Notes under the pieces: generated by a model
What the model was told of the DNA's origin: nothing
What the model saw: the letters and a program-made list of their open reading frames with translations, nothing else
Database searches by the model: none
Made by a program: the position numbers and the translations under genes
NCBI GenBank assembly: GCA_025453495.1
Contig: JALOQM010000001.1
Span: 90,732 to 154,731 of the forward strand
Length of the DNA: 64,000 nucleotides
Source: Minisyncoccota bacterium
Lineage (GTDB): Bacteria > Patescibacteriota > Minisyncoccia > Phycocordibacterales > UBA9973
Direction of reading: 5' to 3'
Part shown: positions 1 to 9,820 of the stretch, piece by piece
How positions within the stretch are numbered: the first letter of the stretch is position 1
Layout of the letters: the number at the start of each line of letters is the position of its first letter

Positions 1-197
1 CTGCCCGTGCAGTTGATGCGATCTACAAAAAATATGAAGTAGTGAATAAAAGTGTAATGAGTGAAGTAGAAAACATTCTCAAGCAAGTAAAAAAATCAAA
101 AGTAATTATTCAAAAAAACAAAGTTAGAGCAGACAAAATAAGAAAAATGCTGATTAAAAAATATTTTACTTTTTAATTTGTATCCTTGTATAATCAC

Positions 198-236
198 TAC
201 ACAAAATCCCCGCTTATTGCGGGGATTTTGTGTAGT
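198..236. terminator. Palindromic GC-rich hairpin flanked by A/T runs; bidirectional rho-independent terminator downstream of the minus-strand surface-protein gene
   Basis: Sequence ctacacaaaatccccgcttattgcggggattttgtgtag is a perfect inverted repeat with A-run and T-run flanks. Confidence 0.5.
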
Positions 237-239
237 GAT

Positions 240-2507
240 TTATATCAAGAAGTTTTTATCGATTACTCCCTTCTTCACCTCAAACGGTTCAGATGTATAT
301 ACCGGCACGTAGGAACCATCGGGATTTTTTACTTCGATTTTTGCATAATAGGTACCGTTCGGGACAAGCGCGTAGTACTGACCAAGCGCATTTGCGACCT
401 TGTGGATGATTTCAGGGTTGAGATTTGCTGAGAAGATACGCAAGATTGCAAATGAAAGTGGATTGCCGTACTTGTCCGTAAGCATACCGCGCTTTTTGCT
501 TTTCAAAAGTGTTTCTTTGAGAATGAAAACCACTGCATAAAGCACGACAATGCCGATATTGAGTGGCTCTGGAGCGACTGCAAGCGCGAATCCCGAGAGC
601 GCAAAACCAAACCAAAACAATATATTAGTAATACGAGAAATAATAAGATCACGCTTTGAATAAAATTTCATGAGATGTTGCTCGCGCTTTGCTGTCTCAT
701 TCCAGTCGGCACTGACCGGATCAAGTGGGATATTCTTGGTGATAACATCTCCTTTATTAAGGATGTCGATTGGACCACCAAAATACAAATCTGAATATAA
801 CTCATCACTTGCGCGACCAGAAAGATGTGCCGAAGGGAAGATATAATTTGTCTTATTTGCAACAATTGTAAACTGACCAGCATCGGAGAGAAATCCATAT
901 CGTCCATCAAGATCAGTGATGGAAGTAGTAATCTCACGACCATCAGCACCTTTAAGAACCACATATGCCGGATCAAGTGGCTGTTTAGTAACTGCATCGT
1001 ATACGGTACCCCATGGCTTACGCTTGCGGAATGCAAGCACCGAAAGTGCTGAACGCAACACTGAACCAGGTGTTGAGAGCACGGCACCAAGCGCACCGAC
1101 TAGAGCAACGGTCTTAAATGTAAGATCACCTCGTACTGTATTTATAAATGCGGCAAGATTCTCAAAACCTCGGAAAAGCACAGCGACTGCATCATCAAGT
1201 AGCGACGATCCAGTGATTTCTTCTGAGCGGCTTTCTAAAGGAACAGGCGAAGTCGGTTGCACTACAGCAGTAGATACTGGAGCAGCAACTGAAGGTTCAA
1301 TAGGCGGAAGTACGGGGATCTGAAGTGCTACTGTAGGACTTGTTGTCGGAGTAGTTGGCGAGATTACTGTTGAGGTGCTAGGAATTACAGATGTTGTCGA
1401 TATAACAGAAGTCGCTGAAGCTGTAGTTGTTGTAGAAGTTGCAGTTGAGACCGGTGAACCTCCACCAACTGATGATGGGGTGCTTGCTACTGATGATGAC
1501 GAAGAGCTTGATGTCGTCGTCGCCACGGTAGCAGCAGTATTTCCTCCTGGGCGCCATGCTGTCCGGACGCGAAACGGATCAGTTGCGCAGGTGCCAAGAG
1601 TATCACAGTCAAAAGCAATCCATCCAAGATTTTGACTCCATGCAAGACCCTGGAAAAAACCATCTCCATCAATTGTCACACCACCACCTGTCGGCGCAAA
1701 ATTAATCCATCCTGTACTTTGCCCCCATGCATATCCTGAGAGAGTACCGAACGCATCATTGAAGACACCGCCACCGATAGGATTCATAACAATCGGCCGG
1801 CCGTCTTGATCATATGCTGAGCCAGTCAAGAGATAATCAGAAACAACGACATCACAGTTTGTCAACTGACTTGTAGTAGTACTTGAAGCGACCGACGCCA
1901 TATCCACAGAGAAAAGATTTTCTGCGGTGTATTGTTCGACAGGAATGCCAGGTATTGCTTGTGTAATCGCTCCAACAATCTGAGCGCTGACGGAAGAGTA
2001 GATTTCATTTTGGTCAACAATTCGATATTTAACTGTGTATGTCTTATTTTCTGGAAGCCACTCAAAGTCAGAAAAGACAAGTGTGCCAGTTGCAACAAGG
2101 TCAGGAGACAAGATAATTGTCGGCGGATTGTTTTGATCTATTGACTCAGTAAAAGTGATGATGATCGAGAAAGGTCCTCCAGAAAGAGCATCAGTGATAG
2201 TCGCTGCTGAAACAGACACCGACTCAACACCCGGCACACCAACCGTCGGAACATTTTGTTGAAACGAACTTGTCAGAGAAAAATTCAATGAGGACGCCTC
2301 ACGAGAAAGAGTTTGTGCTGCGGTAGAAGAAGTATTTGCTGCAAGCGTCGAAGACGCGGCTGGACAGCCAAAATCGATATAGCTTCCATCAAGGACAACC
2401 TTTGCACGATAATCAACAGGATCGATATTTGTGGTTGCGACAGACATACTCGCGCTAAATGCAAAAAAGAGAATAAGAGCAATTAGTATTTCAGTTGTTT
2501 TTTTCAT
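240..2507 (-). CDS. Large secreted/surface protein (755 aa). It has a signal peptide, an Ala/Ser/Thr-rich linker, Trp-rich GWI(N/A)F tandem repeats, carboxypeptidase-regulatory-like beta-sandwich segments, and internal TM helices near the C-terminus
   Basis: N-terminal MKKTTEILIALILFFAFSASMS signal; long poly-S/T tracts; repeats YAWGQSTGWINF / LAWSQNLGWIAF; hydrophobic helices FWFGFALSGFALAV and IGIVVLYAVVFIL. Confidence 0.6.
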   Translation of the reverse strand: MKKTTEILIALILFFAFSASMSVATTNIDPVDYRAKVVLDGSYIDFGCPAASSTLAANTSSTAAQTLSREASSLNFSLTSSFQQNVPTVGVPGVESVSVSAATITDALSGGPFSIIITFTESIDQNNPPTIILSPDLVATGTLVFSDFEWLPENKTYTVKYRIVDQNEIYSSVSAQIVGAITQAIPGIPVEQYTAENLFSVDMASVASSTTTSQLTNCDVVVSDYLLTGSAYDQDGRPIVMNPIGGGVFNDAFGTLSGYAWGQSTGWINFAPTGGGVTIDGDGFFQGLAWSQNLGWIAFDCDTLGTCATDPFRVRTAWRPGGNTAATVATTTSSSSSSSVASTPSSVGGGSPVSTATSTTTTASATSVISTTSVIPSTSTVISPTTPTTSPTVALQIPVLPPIEPSVAAPVSTAVVQPTSPVPLESRSEEITGSSLLDDAVAVLFRGFENLAAFINTVRGDLTFKTVALVGALGAVLSTPGSVLRSALSVLAFRKRKPWGTVYDAVTKQPLDPAYVVLKGADGREITTSITDLDGRYGFLSDAGQFTIVANKTNYIFPSAHLSGRASDELYSDLYFGGPIDILNKGDVITKNIPLDPVSADWNETAKREQHLMKFYSKRDLIISRITNILFWFGFALSGFALAVAPEPLNIGIVVLYAVVFILKETLLKSKKRGMLTDKYGNPLSFAILRIFSANLNPEIIHKVANALGQYYALVPNGTYYAKIEVKNPDGSYVPVYTSEPFEVKKGVIDKNFLI

Positions 2508-2531
2508 TTTGTATTTTTTAGAAAGTGGTAC

Positions 2532-3269
2532 CTACAGTATACCTGTTAGCCAAGTAAAGATAAAGAAAATTGCTGGCGCAAAGTATTGCCAGATAAATAC
2601 CAAAAAGACAATGAGGAGGATAAACCCATAGCGCTCAAGCGCTGCCTCGATGGCATGAAATCGTGCTGGCAGAAGTGAGAAAAGTATTTTTGAGCCATCA
2701 AGTGGTGGTATTGGTACGAGATTAAAGACAGCAAGCAATATATTAAGAAACACAATCGTACCAATGAGAGAGATCGCGTGTTCATTGGCGATGCCATAGT
2801 GCGTAAGTATTCGCATCCCAAGTGCAAAGAGCACAGCTATCAATAGATTAGCAAAGATGCCAGCCGATGCGATGGCAAGAGTCCCCCACCGCTTGTTGCG
2901 CAGATTGTTTGGATTGTACGGGACTGGCTTCGCCCATCCAAAAACAAAGCCAGTTTTGGCAACAATCATAATGAAGGGTAAAATCACTGAGCCAAAAGGA
3001 TCGAGGTGTTTGATCGGATTGAGTGTCAGACGTCCAGCATTACGGGCTGTTGGATCGCCAAACATTTCTGCCACATATCCATGAGAAATCTCATGGAGTA
3101 TGACAGAAATAATAAGAATAATTATATAAAAGACAGCATCAAGCTCTTGCATATGTATAGGTTCCATGATAGCATCCTCACCACATATGGCAAAAATCTG
3201 TCCAATTACAAATAAAGGGCCAAAAAAGGCTGGCAAGTACGCAAACCGCACTCGTGCGACTATTTTCAC
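2532..3269 (-). CDS. Site-2 protease family (peptidase M50) intramembrane zinc metalloprotease
   Basis: HEISHG (HExxH) motif within a hydrophobic helix, LDGSK motif, multiple TM helices. Confidence 0.8.
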   Translation of the reverse strand: MKIVARVRFAYLPAFFGPLFVIGQIFAICGEDAIMEPIHMQELDAVFYIIILIISVILHEISHGYVAEMFGDPTARNAGRLTLNPIKHLDPFGSVILPFIMIVAKTGFVFGWAKPVPYNPNNLRNKRWGTLAIASAGIFANLLIAVLFALGMRILTHYGIANEHAISLIGTIVFLNILLAVFNLVPIPPLDGSKILFSLLPARFHAIEAALERYGFILLIVFLVFIWQYFAPAIFFIFTWLTGIL

Positions 3270-3465
3270 TCCTGTACCAAAGAAGTATAAATTGCCTAAC
3301 CTTCAGACAAAGACAATCTACGTGCCTGAGCTCAAGAAGTCTATGACATTGACTGCATCAAACAAGGGATTCCGCACTATCAAGAAAAACGGTGCTTTCG
3401 CAGCACTCACAAAAGCAGGAATCATCAAATAATGCATGACAAAAAGCGTCTTTCGGCGCTTTTTG

Positions 3466-4329
3466 TCATTTCCTCCAAAATGTTTTTCCGTCCGACTGTA
3501 TGACTATCGTCCCTTCTTCATATGTGATGAGTGTCGGGATATTGAGATTTTCCAACCGATGAAGTATTTCCTGTTTCGGTAATCCATACTTATTGTTATG
3601 ACCGACAGAGATAATCGCTAAATCAGGATCTACAGCTTCAAGAAATGAGATGCTTGATGATGTCTTTGACCCATGGTGTCCAACTTTTAATATATCTGAC
3701 TCTAGAGACTCTTTTGTATAATCACCTAATACAATTCTTTCTGTCTTTTCTGTCGCATCTCCAGTCAACATGACTGACACAAGATCATAAACAAGACGTG
3801 AGACGATCGATCCATCATTGCTCTTCCATGTCGACACATCCCTGTCGGGAAAAAGAATATCAAGATAAATAGTATGTTCTTCATCAAGCATAAAACGCAT
3901 CCCTTGCTTTGCAAGTAACGCATGTGTACCACGCTCTCGAACAGAATTTTCAAATCGCGCGAATGTATCTGTACCTGACTGAGTTCCAGGTACAATCACG
4001 GTACCTACGCGATATCGCTCGAGCACATCGATAAATCCAGCATAGTGGTCAAGGTCTGGATTTGTAACAACAAGCATATCTATTGATCGATCATAAAACG
4101 GCATAACTTTGCCAAGCTCAGAAAGAATTGCAGCATTTGGCCCACCATCGACAACAACCTGGGTACCATCGGGTGTCTCAATGTAAAGCGCATCTCCTTG
4201 TCCTATATCTAGAAAGCCAAGTGTCATATACTGTTTGTGCTCTATCTGCCAGAGTATCCACCAAATCAATATAGTCCCAAGCATGAGTATGATAAGCGCT
4301 CCTACTTTATATTTTTTTGTTTGCGTCAT
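3466..4329 (-). CDS. Stand-alone ComEC-type metallo-beta-lactamase-fold nuclease domain protein with its own N-terminal TM anchor
   Basis: N-terminal TM helix ALIILMLGTILIWWILW; MBL motifs LDIGQGDA, PDLDHYAGF, KVGHHGSK typical of the ComEC C-terminal domain. Confidence 0.75.
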   Translation of the reverse strand: MTQTKKYKVGALIILMLGTILIWWILWQIEHKQYMTLGFLDIGQGDALYIETPDGTQVVVDGGPNAAILSELGKVMPFYDRSIDMLVVTNPDLDHYAGFIDVLERYRVGTVIVPGTQSGTDTFARFENSVRERGTHALLAKQGMRFMLDEEHTIYLDILFPDRDVSTWKSNDGSIVSRLVYDLVSVMLTGDATEKTERIVLGDYTKESLESDILKVGHHGSKTSSSISFLEAVDPDLAIISVGHNNKYGLPKQEILHRLENLNIPTLITYEEGTIVIQSDGKTFWRK

Positions 4330-4379
4330 TTTTTTGCTCTAGGTATACTGTGCCTATTAGAAATCTAATTCACTATCGC

Positions 4380-4976
4380 ATGCAACAGTACGCCGAGAAA
4401 AAATTTACCATTCCTGAACTCAAAGGAATATCAGCAAAAAATATAGAAGAGCACATGAAGCTCTATACTGGCTATGTCAAAAATACAAACGGTATACTTT
4501 CGCAGATTGCGGAATTAACAAAAGATAGTGAAAAAAATGCCTATCTATTGGGAGAATTACAGCGACGCTTCGGATTCGAATTTGATGGCATGCGCAACCA
4601 TGAGTACTACTTCCGCTCACTTGAAGGAGGAGCACTACAGCTTGAAAGCGATTCTCTACTCAAAACTGCAATCGAGAAAGAATGGGGTTCATTTGATGAA
4701 TGGCTCACGCGTTTCAAAGCTGTTGCAATGACTCGTGGTATCGGTTGGGCAATGCTCTATTATGATAGACAAGAAAAAAGACTAGTAAATGCGTGGATTG
4801 ACGAGCAGCATCTTGGGCATCTCACTGGACTCTCACCAGTACTTGCACTTGATATGTGGGAGCACGCATACGTTGCTGACTATCAGCCAAGTGGGAAGAA
4901 GCAGTATGTAGAAGACTTTTTCGCTAATCTGAATTGGTCAGTAATTGAGGCGAATTTTAAAGAAGCAGATAGATAA
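4380..4976 (+). CDS. sodA: Fe/Mn superoxide dismutase
   Basis: Fe/Mn SOD signature DMWEHAYV and N-terminal metal-ligand His region; ORF-track start at 4317 is upstream of the conserved N-terminus, so ATG 4380 is preferred. Confidence 0.85.
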   Translation: MQQYAEKKFTIPELKGISAKNIEEHMKLYTGYVKNTNGILSQIAELTKDSEKNAYLLGELQRRFGFEFDGMRNHEYYFRSLEGGALQLESDSLLKTAIEKEWGSFDEWLTRFKAVAMTRGIGWAMLYYDRQEKRLVNAWIDEQHLGHLTGLSPVLALDMWEHAYVADYQPSGKKQYVEDFFANLNWSVIEANFKEADR

Positions 4977-5049
4977 CTCCACTAAACAAAACCCACTTTG
5001 ATCAAAGTGGGTTTTGTTATTTTAGATTTTTAGAGCTTAATTCAAAAAT

Positions 5050-6549
5050 CTACTGTAGCTTCTTAACAACATGTATGCTCTTTTCATTTCGCAGTACCCA
5101 CCATATAAGTAGTATATATATGCCGATCACGACAATAATTGGCATATGGCGGATAGTAATTGCAGAGAATGGCAAATCAGCAAACCACTTCACAACTGTA
5201 AGTATATAGTGCAATAGTCCATACGAAACAAAAGAAAATGGCAGTACTAGAATACTAGAAAGCATGCCTGTGACACCAGTCAAAAATCCCGAAAGCATTA
5301 CCATGGGAACAACCGGCAATACAAGCATATTTGCAGGAAGTGAGACAATCGAAAATACACCCGTCTTGTAGACAATCAGTGGAAATGTCGCAATCTGAGC
5401 TGCGAGTGTACCTGACAAAATATCTCGGATAGCAAAACGAGTGGTCACCCATCCGAGTTTCTCGTCTATGAGCGGCGAGAGATAGACGATGCCTAATGTT
5501 GCAAGAAATGAAAGTTGAAATGATACATCAGAGACAAGAATCTTTGGATTGATAGCAATCATGAGTGATGCTGCAAATACAAGTGCGCGTTCGACAGCAT
5601 ACGTCCGTCCGACATAGCGCGAAAGCACCAGGAGTACTGCCATGATTGATGCACGAAGTACAGTTGATCCACCACCTGCGAGAATTGCAAAGAGTGCAAT
5701 CGCAATAATCCCTGCACTTGATGCAAGCGCGATCGGCAAGAGTGCACACACACGCATGATCATCTCTGCGATAATCGTCACGTTGTAGCCGGAGAGTGCG
5801 ACCATATGGATCGTGCCAGTCTTTACAAAATCTTCCGTCAGAGATTCTGGGAACGATGCACGAGTACCAAGCAGTATCCCGAGCAAAAGCATGTCTTCAG
5901 GTGATGACACAGTACGAGAGATAGACGCAGCAAATGCGTGCTTGATTGTATAGAGACGTGTAACTATCCACGAACCATGTCCAGAAGAGATGTGTGTTAT
6001 GTCCGGGTTTTTTATACTGTAGTGTATGTTATCTTTTGCAAGATAAGAAACATAATCAAACTCCATACCAGAATCAGTCAGGAAATTTTTTGGCGCTGTT
6101 ACTTTCCCTTCTATACGGAGTAAGTCTCCATACGAAATAGTCGCATAGCGATCAGTAGAAATAATGAATTTTGTTTTTGTATCTATTGTTTCAACACCAA
6201 TGCGAGTGGGCTCTAATACAAAGCGAAGATTTTTTTCACGCATTTGTGGCTCATCGACGACAACTCCTTCCAGTACTATTTTCTGACCAAGTGACAGAGT
6301 ACTTGCCGATAAAGGTATAACCGAAGCTACTTGATTGTAACGAATACCGCCAAGCACTACCACAAAGGCACCAATCGCCATAAGTAAAAATATTTTTAAT
6401 TTTTTAGTAAGAAAAAAATAAATTAAAAAAACGGCGAGTGCCGCCGTGGTGATTTTGATGATTAGAGGCATCGGTATCGGTACATATGACCGAATCAATA
6501 CTCCGAGAATAAATGACAGGGTGATTGTATAAAAATAAATACTTCGCAT
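5050..6549 (-). CDS. comEC: ComEC/Rec2 DNA-uptake channel protein (DUF4131 OB-fold plus competence membrane domain), lacking the fused MBL domain
   Basis: N-terminal TM helices, then a periplasmic OB-like segment, then 8+ TM helices typical of the ComEC competence domain. Confidence 0.7.
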   Translation of the reverse strand: MRSIYFYTITLSFILGVLIRSYVPIPMPLIIKITTAALAVFLIYFFLTKKLKIFLLMAIGAFVVVLGGIRYNQVASVIPLSASTLSLGQKIVLEGVVVDEPQMREKNLRFVLEPTRIGVETIDTKTKFIISTDRYATISYGDLLRIEGKVTAPKNFLTDSGMEFDYVSYLAKDNIHYSIKNPDITHISSGHGSWIVTRLYTIKHAFAASISRTVSSPEDMLLLGILLGTRASFPESLTEDFVKTGTIHMVALSGYNVTIIAEMIMRVCALLPIALASSAGIIAIALFAILAGGGSTVLRASIMAVLLVLSRYVGRTYAVERALVFAASLMIAINPKILVSDVSFQLSFLATLGIVYLSPLIDEKLGWVTTRFAIRDILSGTLAAQIATFPLIVYKTGVFSIVSLPANMLVLPVVPMVMLSGFLTGVTGMLSSILVLPFSFVSYGLLHYILTVVKWFADLPFSAITIRHMPIIVVIGIYILLIWWVLRNEKSIHVVKKLQ

Positions 6550-6584
6550 GTGTTACATATCTGATACAAACTCCTTGATACAAC

Positions 6585-7307
6585 TCACAGTCCCCACTCA
6601 CGAATAATCGCTTCCTCATCTGCTTCGGAAAGTGCTTTCTTAAATTTCACTCCTGAGAGACTTTTGACACGTGCTTCACACTCTGCCCATGTCGCATGCT
6701 TTGCAAGCACACCATCGACAAGTGACAAGTACGAATACGCCTTGCCTTGACGTTTTGCAGGCATACCGGCATGCTCAGCAAATACACTACCGCCGATATG
6801 TGCGCTATATTCGTCGACCGTCCCATGGAAAAGCTCGACCTGGTTCTCATCAGCAAATGATGTAGCGATCACATCCGCGCGTTCATTGCCAAGATTACCA
6901 GAGTGGCCTTTGACTTTTTTCCACTCAAGAATTCCCTTTGCATTTCGCTCATGAGTGAGAAGCAAGAGTCGCTGCCACAAATCTTGATTCAAAACGGGTT
7001 TCTTCTGTGCAGTCATCCAATTATTTTTTTGCCATCCATGCACCCACAACGTGATGCCATTTAGTACATAGGCAGAATCCGTGTGTATAGTCACTCTGCC
7101 GATCACACCTTCAAGAGCAATCAGTGCTTCAATTACTGCTGTAAGCTCCATGCGATTGTTTGTCGTTTCACGCGCATAGCCGCCGATCTCGCGTACGATG
7201 TTTTTCTCGCGCCACACAATAACCGCACCAAAGCCCCCCGGTCCAGGATTACCAAGAGAGGAGCCATCAGTCCAGATAATTACATTTCTGTCGTCACTTT
7301 CATTCAT
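6585..7307 (-). CDS. rnhA: Ribonuclease HI with a C-terminal RNA/DNA hybrid-binding-like domain
   Basis: IIWTDGSSLGNPGPGGFGAVI catalytic N-terminus (DEDD RNase H); C-terminal KAYSYLSLVDGVLAKHATWAECEARVKSLSGVKFKKALSEADEEA resembles the Cauli_VI/RNase H1 HBD fold. Confidence 0.85.
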   Translation of the reverse strand: MNESDDRNVIIWTDGSSLGNPGPGGFGAVIVWREKNIVREIGGYARETTNNRMELTAVIEALIALEGVIGRVTIHTDSAYVLNGITLWVHGWQKNNWMTAQKKPVLNQDLWQRLLLLTHERNAKGILEWKKVKGHSGNLGNERADVIATSFADENQVELFHGTVDEYSAHIGGSVFAEHAGMPAKRQGKAYSYLSLVDGVLAKHATWAECEARVKSLSGVKFKKALSEADEEAIIREWGL

Positions 7308-7384
7308 ACTCTTTTTGTTTCACAAAATAATTTGTTCAATTGTCTTTCTGGATTTTATATAAAATACCAGCTACTAAATACTAA

Positions 7385-9130
7385 CTACTGTGTAATGTCT
7401 ACAATTCTAAGCCTGATCTCAGATTTGCGCAAAAATGTCGAAGACTCTATTGTCGCGAGAAGTTCCACTTTACTTCCCTCCTTGAGCGAAACACTGAAAC
7501 GCTCTGGCTCAGTAAAGAAACTAATTGCTTTTACCACACTACCGTCTGGTTTCACAAAACCTATCTCAAGATGTTCTTCTTGTTTGCCAAATTTTTTTAC
7601 ATAGCTGATTTCAGCGCTGTGAAACAAGAACACAGGCTTCGGATTGCCTATACCAAATGGCGCAAACGGTTCAACGCGTTTATATGTCTGCGCTGTGACA
7701 TCTGCGAGCGAAAGTATCGCTTCATAGGTGCCACCTTCGACTACTGCGACAGGTTTCTTCTCAAGAGTGGCGTGTGCCACAGAAAGTCGCTCTTCAAGGA
7801 AGTGCACACTCTCGTGCGAGACAGAAAAACCCCCAGCACCTGCATGTCCGCCAAAATCAAGAAACGTTCCTTCCCCCGCCGCCGTCATGAGTTCGACGAG
7901 GTTTGACCCGTCGCCCGAACGACACGAGCCTTTGATAGTGTCACTGCCTTCAAGTCCCCAGACAAAGACAGGCTTCTTGTGTTCATCTGCGAGTTTTCCT
8001 GCGACAAGTCCGAGAATACCAACGCGCCATACTGGTGAACCGATGACGATAACTGACTGCGCTTCTCGCTCTTTCAATTTCTTTTTTGTTTCTTTGATGA
8101 TAGTTGCGACAAGATATTTGCGTTCGTCGTTTATCTTCACGAGGTGATCAGCAAGCGCGCCAGCTTCATCTTCTTTTTCTGCAGCAAGTAATTCAAATGC
8201 CTTTCGTGGCGAGTCCATGCGCGACGCGGCATTGAGTCTCGGTGCAATCGTAAACGTGATATCTTCCTCAACGAGTCGCTCCGCATCGACTTTTGCTTTT
8301 GCAAAGAGCTTTCGCAATCCTGCACGACGATTCTTCTTGAGCACCTTCATGCCGAAATATGCAATCGCTCGATTCTCCCCTTGGAGCGGCACCATATCAG
8401 AAAGCGTGCCGATCGCCGCCATATCGAGCCACCATTTTTCTTCGCCGTCTTTGATCGTGAAAAATTCTCCGTACTTTTTTGCAAACGCACTCGCAAGCTT
8501 CCACGCGACACCCGCACCGCAGAGCATGTCGTACGGATAGTGATCATCTTCACGTTTTGGATTTACAAGTGCGTACGCATGCGGCACGTTGCCGTGCGGC
8601 AAGTGGTGATCAGTGATGATGACATCAATACCGTTTGCTTGCGCTTCAGCAACTTCATCCACATCAGTTGTGCCGAGGTCGACAGTGATGATAAGTTTCA
8701 CGTCTCCCTCAATCGCTTCTTTAATTGCTTCCATATTGAGTCCGTATCCTTCTTCGTGTCGATCAGGAATGTAGACTGCAAAATTTTCATATTTGATTTT
8801 TTTAAAGAGATCATGCAAGATCACCGACCCAGGAATACCATCACAATCATAATCTCCGTATATCAAAATTTTTTCATTTGCTTGCGTCGCTGCAAAGATA
8901 CGGACAATAGACTTCTCCATATCTTTCATAAGAAGTGGGTCATGAAGATCACGCTCATATGATGGAGTTAGAAATTGTTCAGCTGCTTCACGTGTCGTGA
9001 TTCCTCTATTTTGCAAGAGCGTCTGCACAAGCTCCGGATATCCGGCGAGTTCGTTGTCGGTAGTCATTGAGTCGAGTATAACATTGGCTACATAATTTTC
9101 CCCAAATTGTTTTAAATAGTTCTCGCACAA
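7385..9130 (-). CDS. recJ: Single-stranded-DNA-specific exonuclease RecJ
   Basis: DHH family motifs (YGDYDCDG, ITDHH), DHHA1-like C-terminal region. Confidence 0.85.
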   Translation of the reverse strand: MCENYLKQFGENYVANVILDSMTTDNELAGYPELVQTLLQNRGITTREAAEQFLTPSYERDLHDPLLMKDMEKSIVRIFAATQANEKILIYGDYDCDGIPGSVILHDLFKKIKYENFAVYIPDRHEEGYGLNMEAIKEAIEGDVKLIITVDLGTTDVDEVAEAQANGIDVIITDHHLPHGNVPHAYALVNPKREDDHYPYDMLCGAGVAWKLASAFAKKYGEFFTIKDGEEKWWLDMAAIGTLSDMVPLQGENRAIAYFGMKVLKKNRRAGLRKLFAKAKVDAERLVEEDITFTIAPRLNAASRMDSPRKAFELLAAEKEDEAGALADHLVKINDERKYLVATIIKETKKKLKEREAQSVIVIGSPVWRVGILGLVAGKLADEHKKPVFVWGLEGSDTIKGSCRSGDGSNLVELMTAAGEGTFLDFGGHAGAGGFSVSHESVHFLEERLSVAHATLEKKPVAVVEGGTYEAILSLADVTAQTYKRVEPFAPFGIGNPKPVFLFHSAEISYVKKFGKQEEHLEIGFVKPDGSVVKAISFFTEPERFSVSLKEGSKVELLATIESSTFLRKSEIRLRIVDITQ

Positions 9131-9219
9131 GTAATGATCGAGTGAAATACGACATCTACTTATAAATAAAAATTAAGCCCGACACGTTTATAGTGTCGGG
9201 CTTTTCTTATTGAATTTTT

Positions 9220-9717
9220 TTAGCGGAAACTCTTCAATGTTTTACTCCCACTGAAAAAGATTCCGACACTGAGCATCGGATTTTTATTCTCTGTTTTGAA
9301 CGGAGTTCCGAGTTCAACAAACATTGTCGAACTGAACCATTGAGCTGACCCCAGCCCAAGCATTGCCCCAACACCAATATAGCTACCTCGGTTATTGAAG
9401 TTTTTGGTTGCAACAGTATATAAAGACACCTGTTGCTGTTTAGGAATGCTTCGAAAAAGAAACATACCAAAAGAATTACTTCCAACAAAAAGTGATGTCC
9501 CGGCAGTGGCAGTCACAAATGTAGTAGTAAAGAAAAGACCGTTGACCTGTTGCGGTCTTTCGGCCCCAAATTGATACACAATCTGCGGGGCAAAGGTTGC
9601 TCCTACATTCCACCGTGCTCTTGAGGAAATGTTTGTATCAGATTGAACATTTGACTGTTGGCTCATTGCCAAGGTTGCGCATCCGAAGAACGCAATGAGA
9701 AAAAAGAGAGTTTTCAT
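9220..9717 (-). CDS. Secreted hypothetical protein (165 aa) with alternating-hydrophobic beta-strand pattern
   Basis: Signal peptide MKTLFFLIAFFGCATLAMSQQ; no recognisable catalytic motif. Confidence 0.5.
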   Translation of the reverse strand: MKTLFFLIAFFGCATLAMSQQSNVQSDTNISSRARWNVGATFAPQIVYQFGAERPQQVNGLFFTTTFVTATAGTSLFVGSNSFGMFLFRSIPKQQQVSLYTVATKNFNNRGSYIGVGAMLGLGSAQWFSSTMFVELGTPFKTENKNPMLSVGIFFSGSKTLKSFR

Positions 9718-9820
9718 TTTGAGGGAATTAATTGTTTACGAACTATTTCTATATATATTATATCAGATATAAATAGAAAGTCAATAATACAAAGATTCAT
9801 ATGTATGAAATAATCTATTT

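Noticed and set aside
9220-9717. Possible OmpA-like outer-membrane beta-barrel
   Set aside because: The alternating hydrophobic pattern is suggestive. However there is no C-terminal aromatic residue, the protein is very short, and the genomic context is monoderm-type (RNase Y, short YidC, PrgI/ConE-type T4SS). It is left as a secreted hypothetical.
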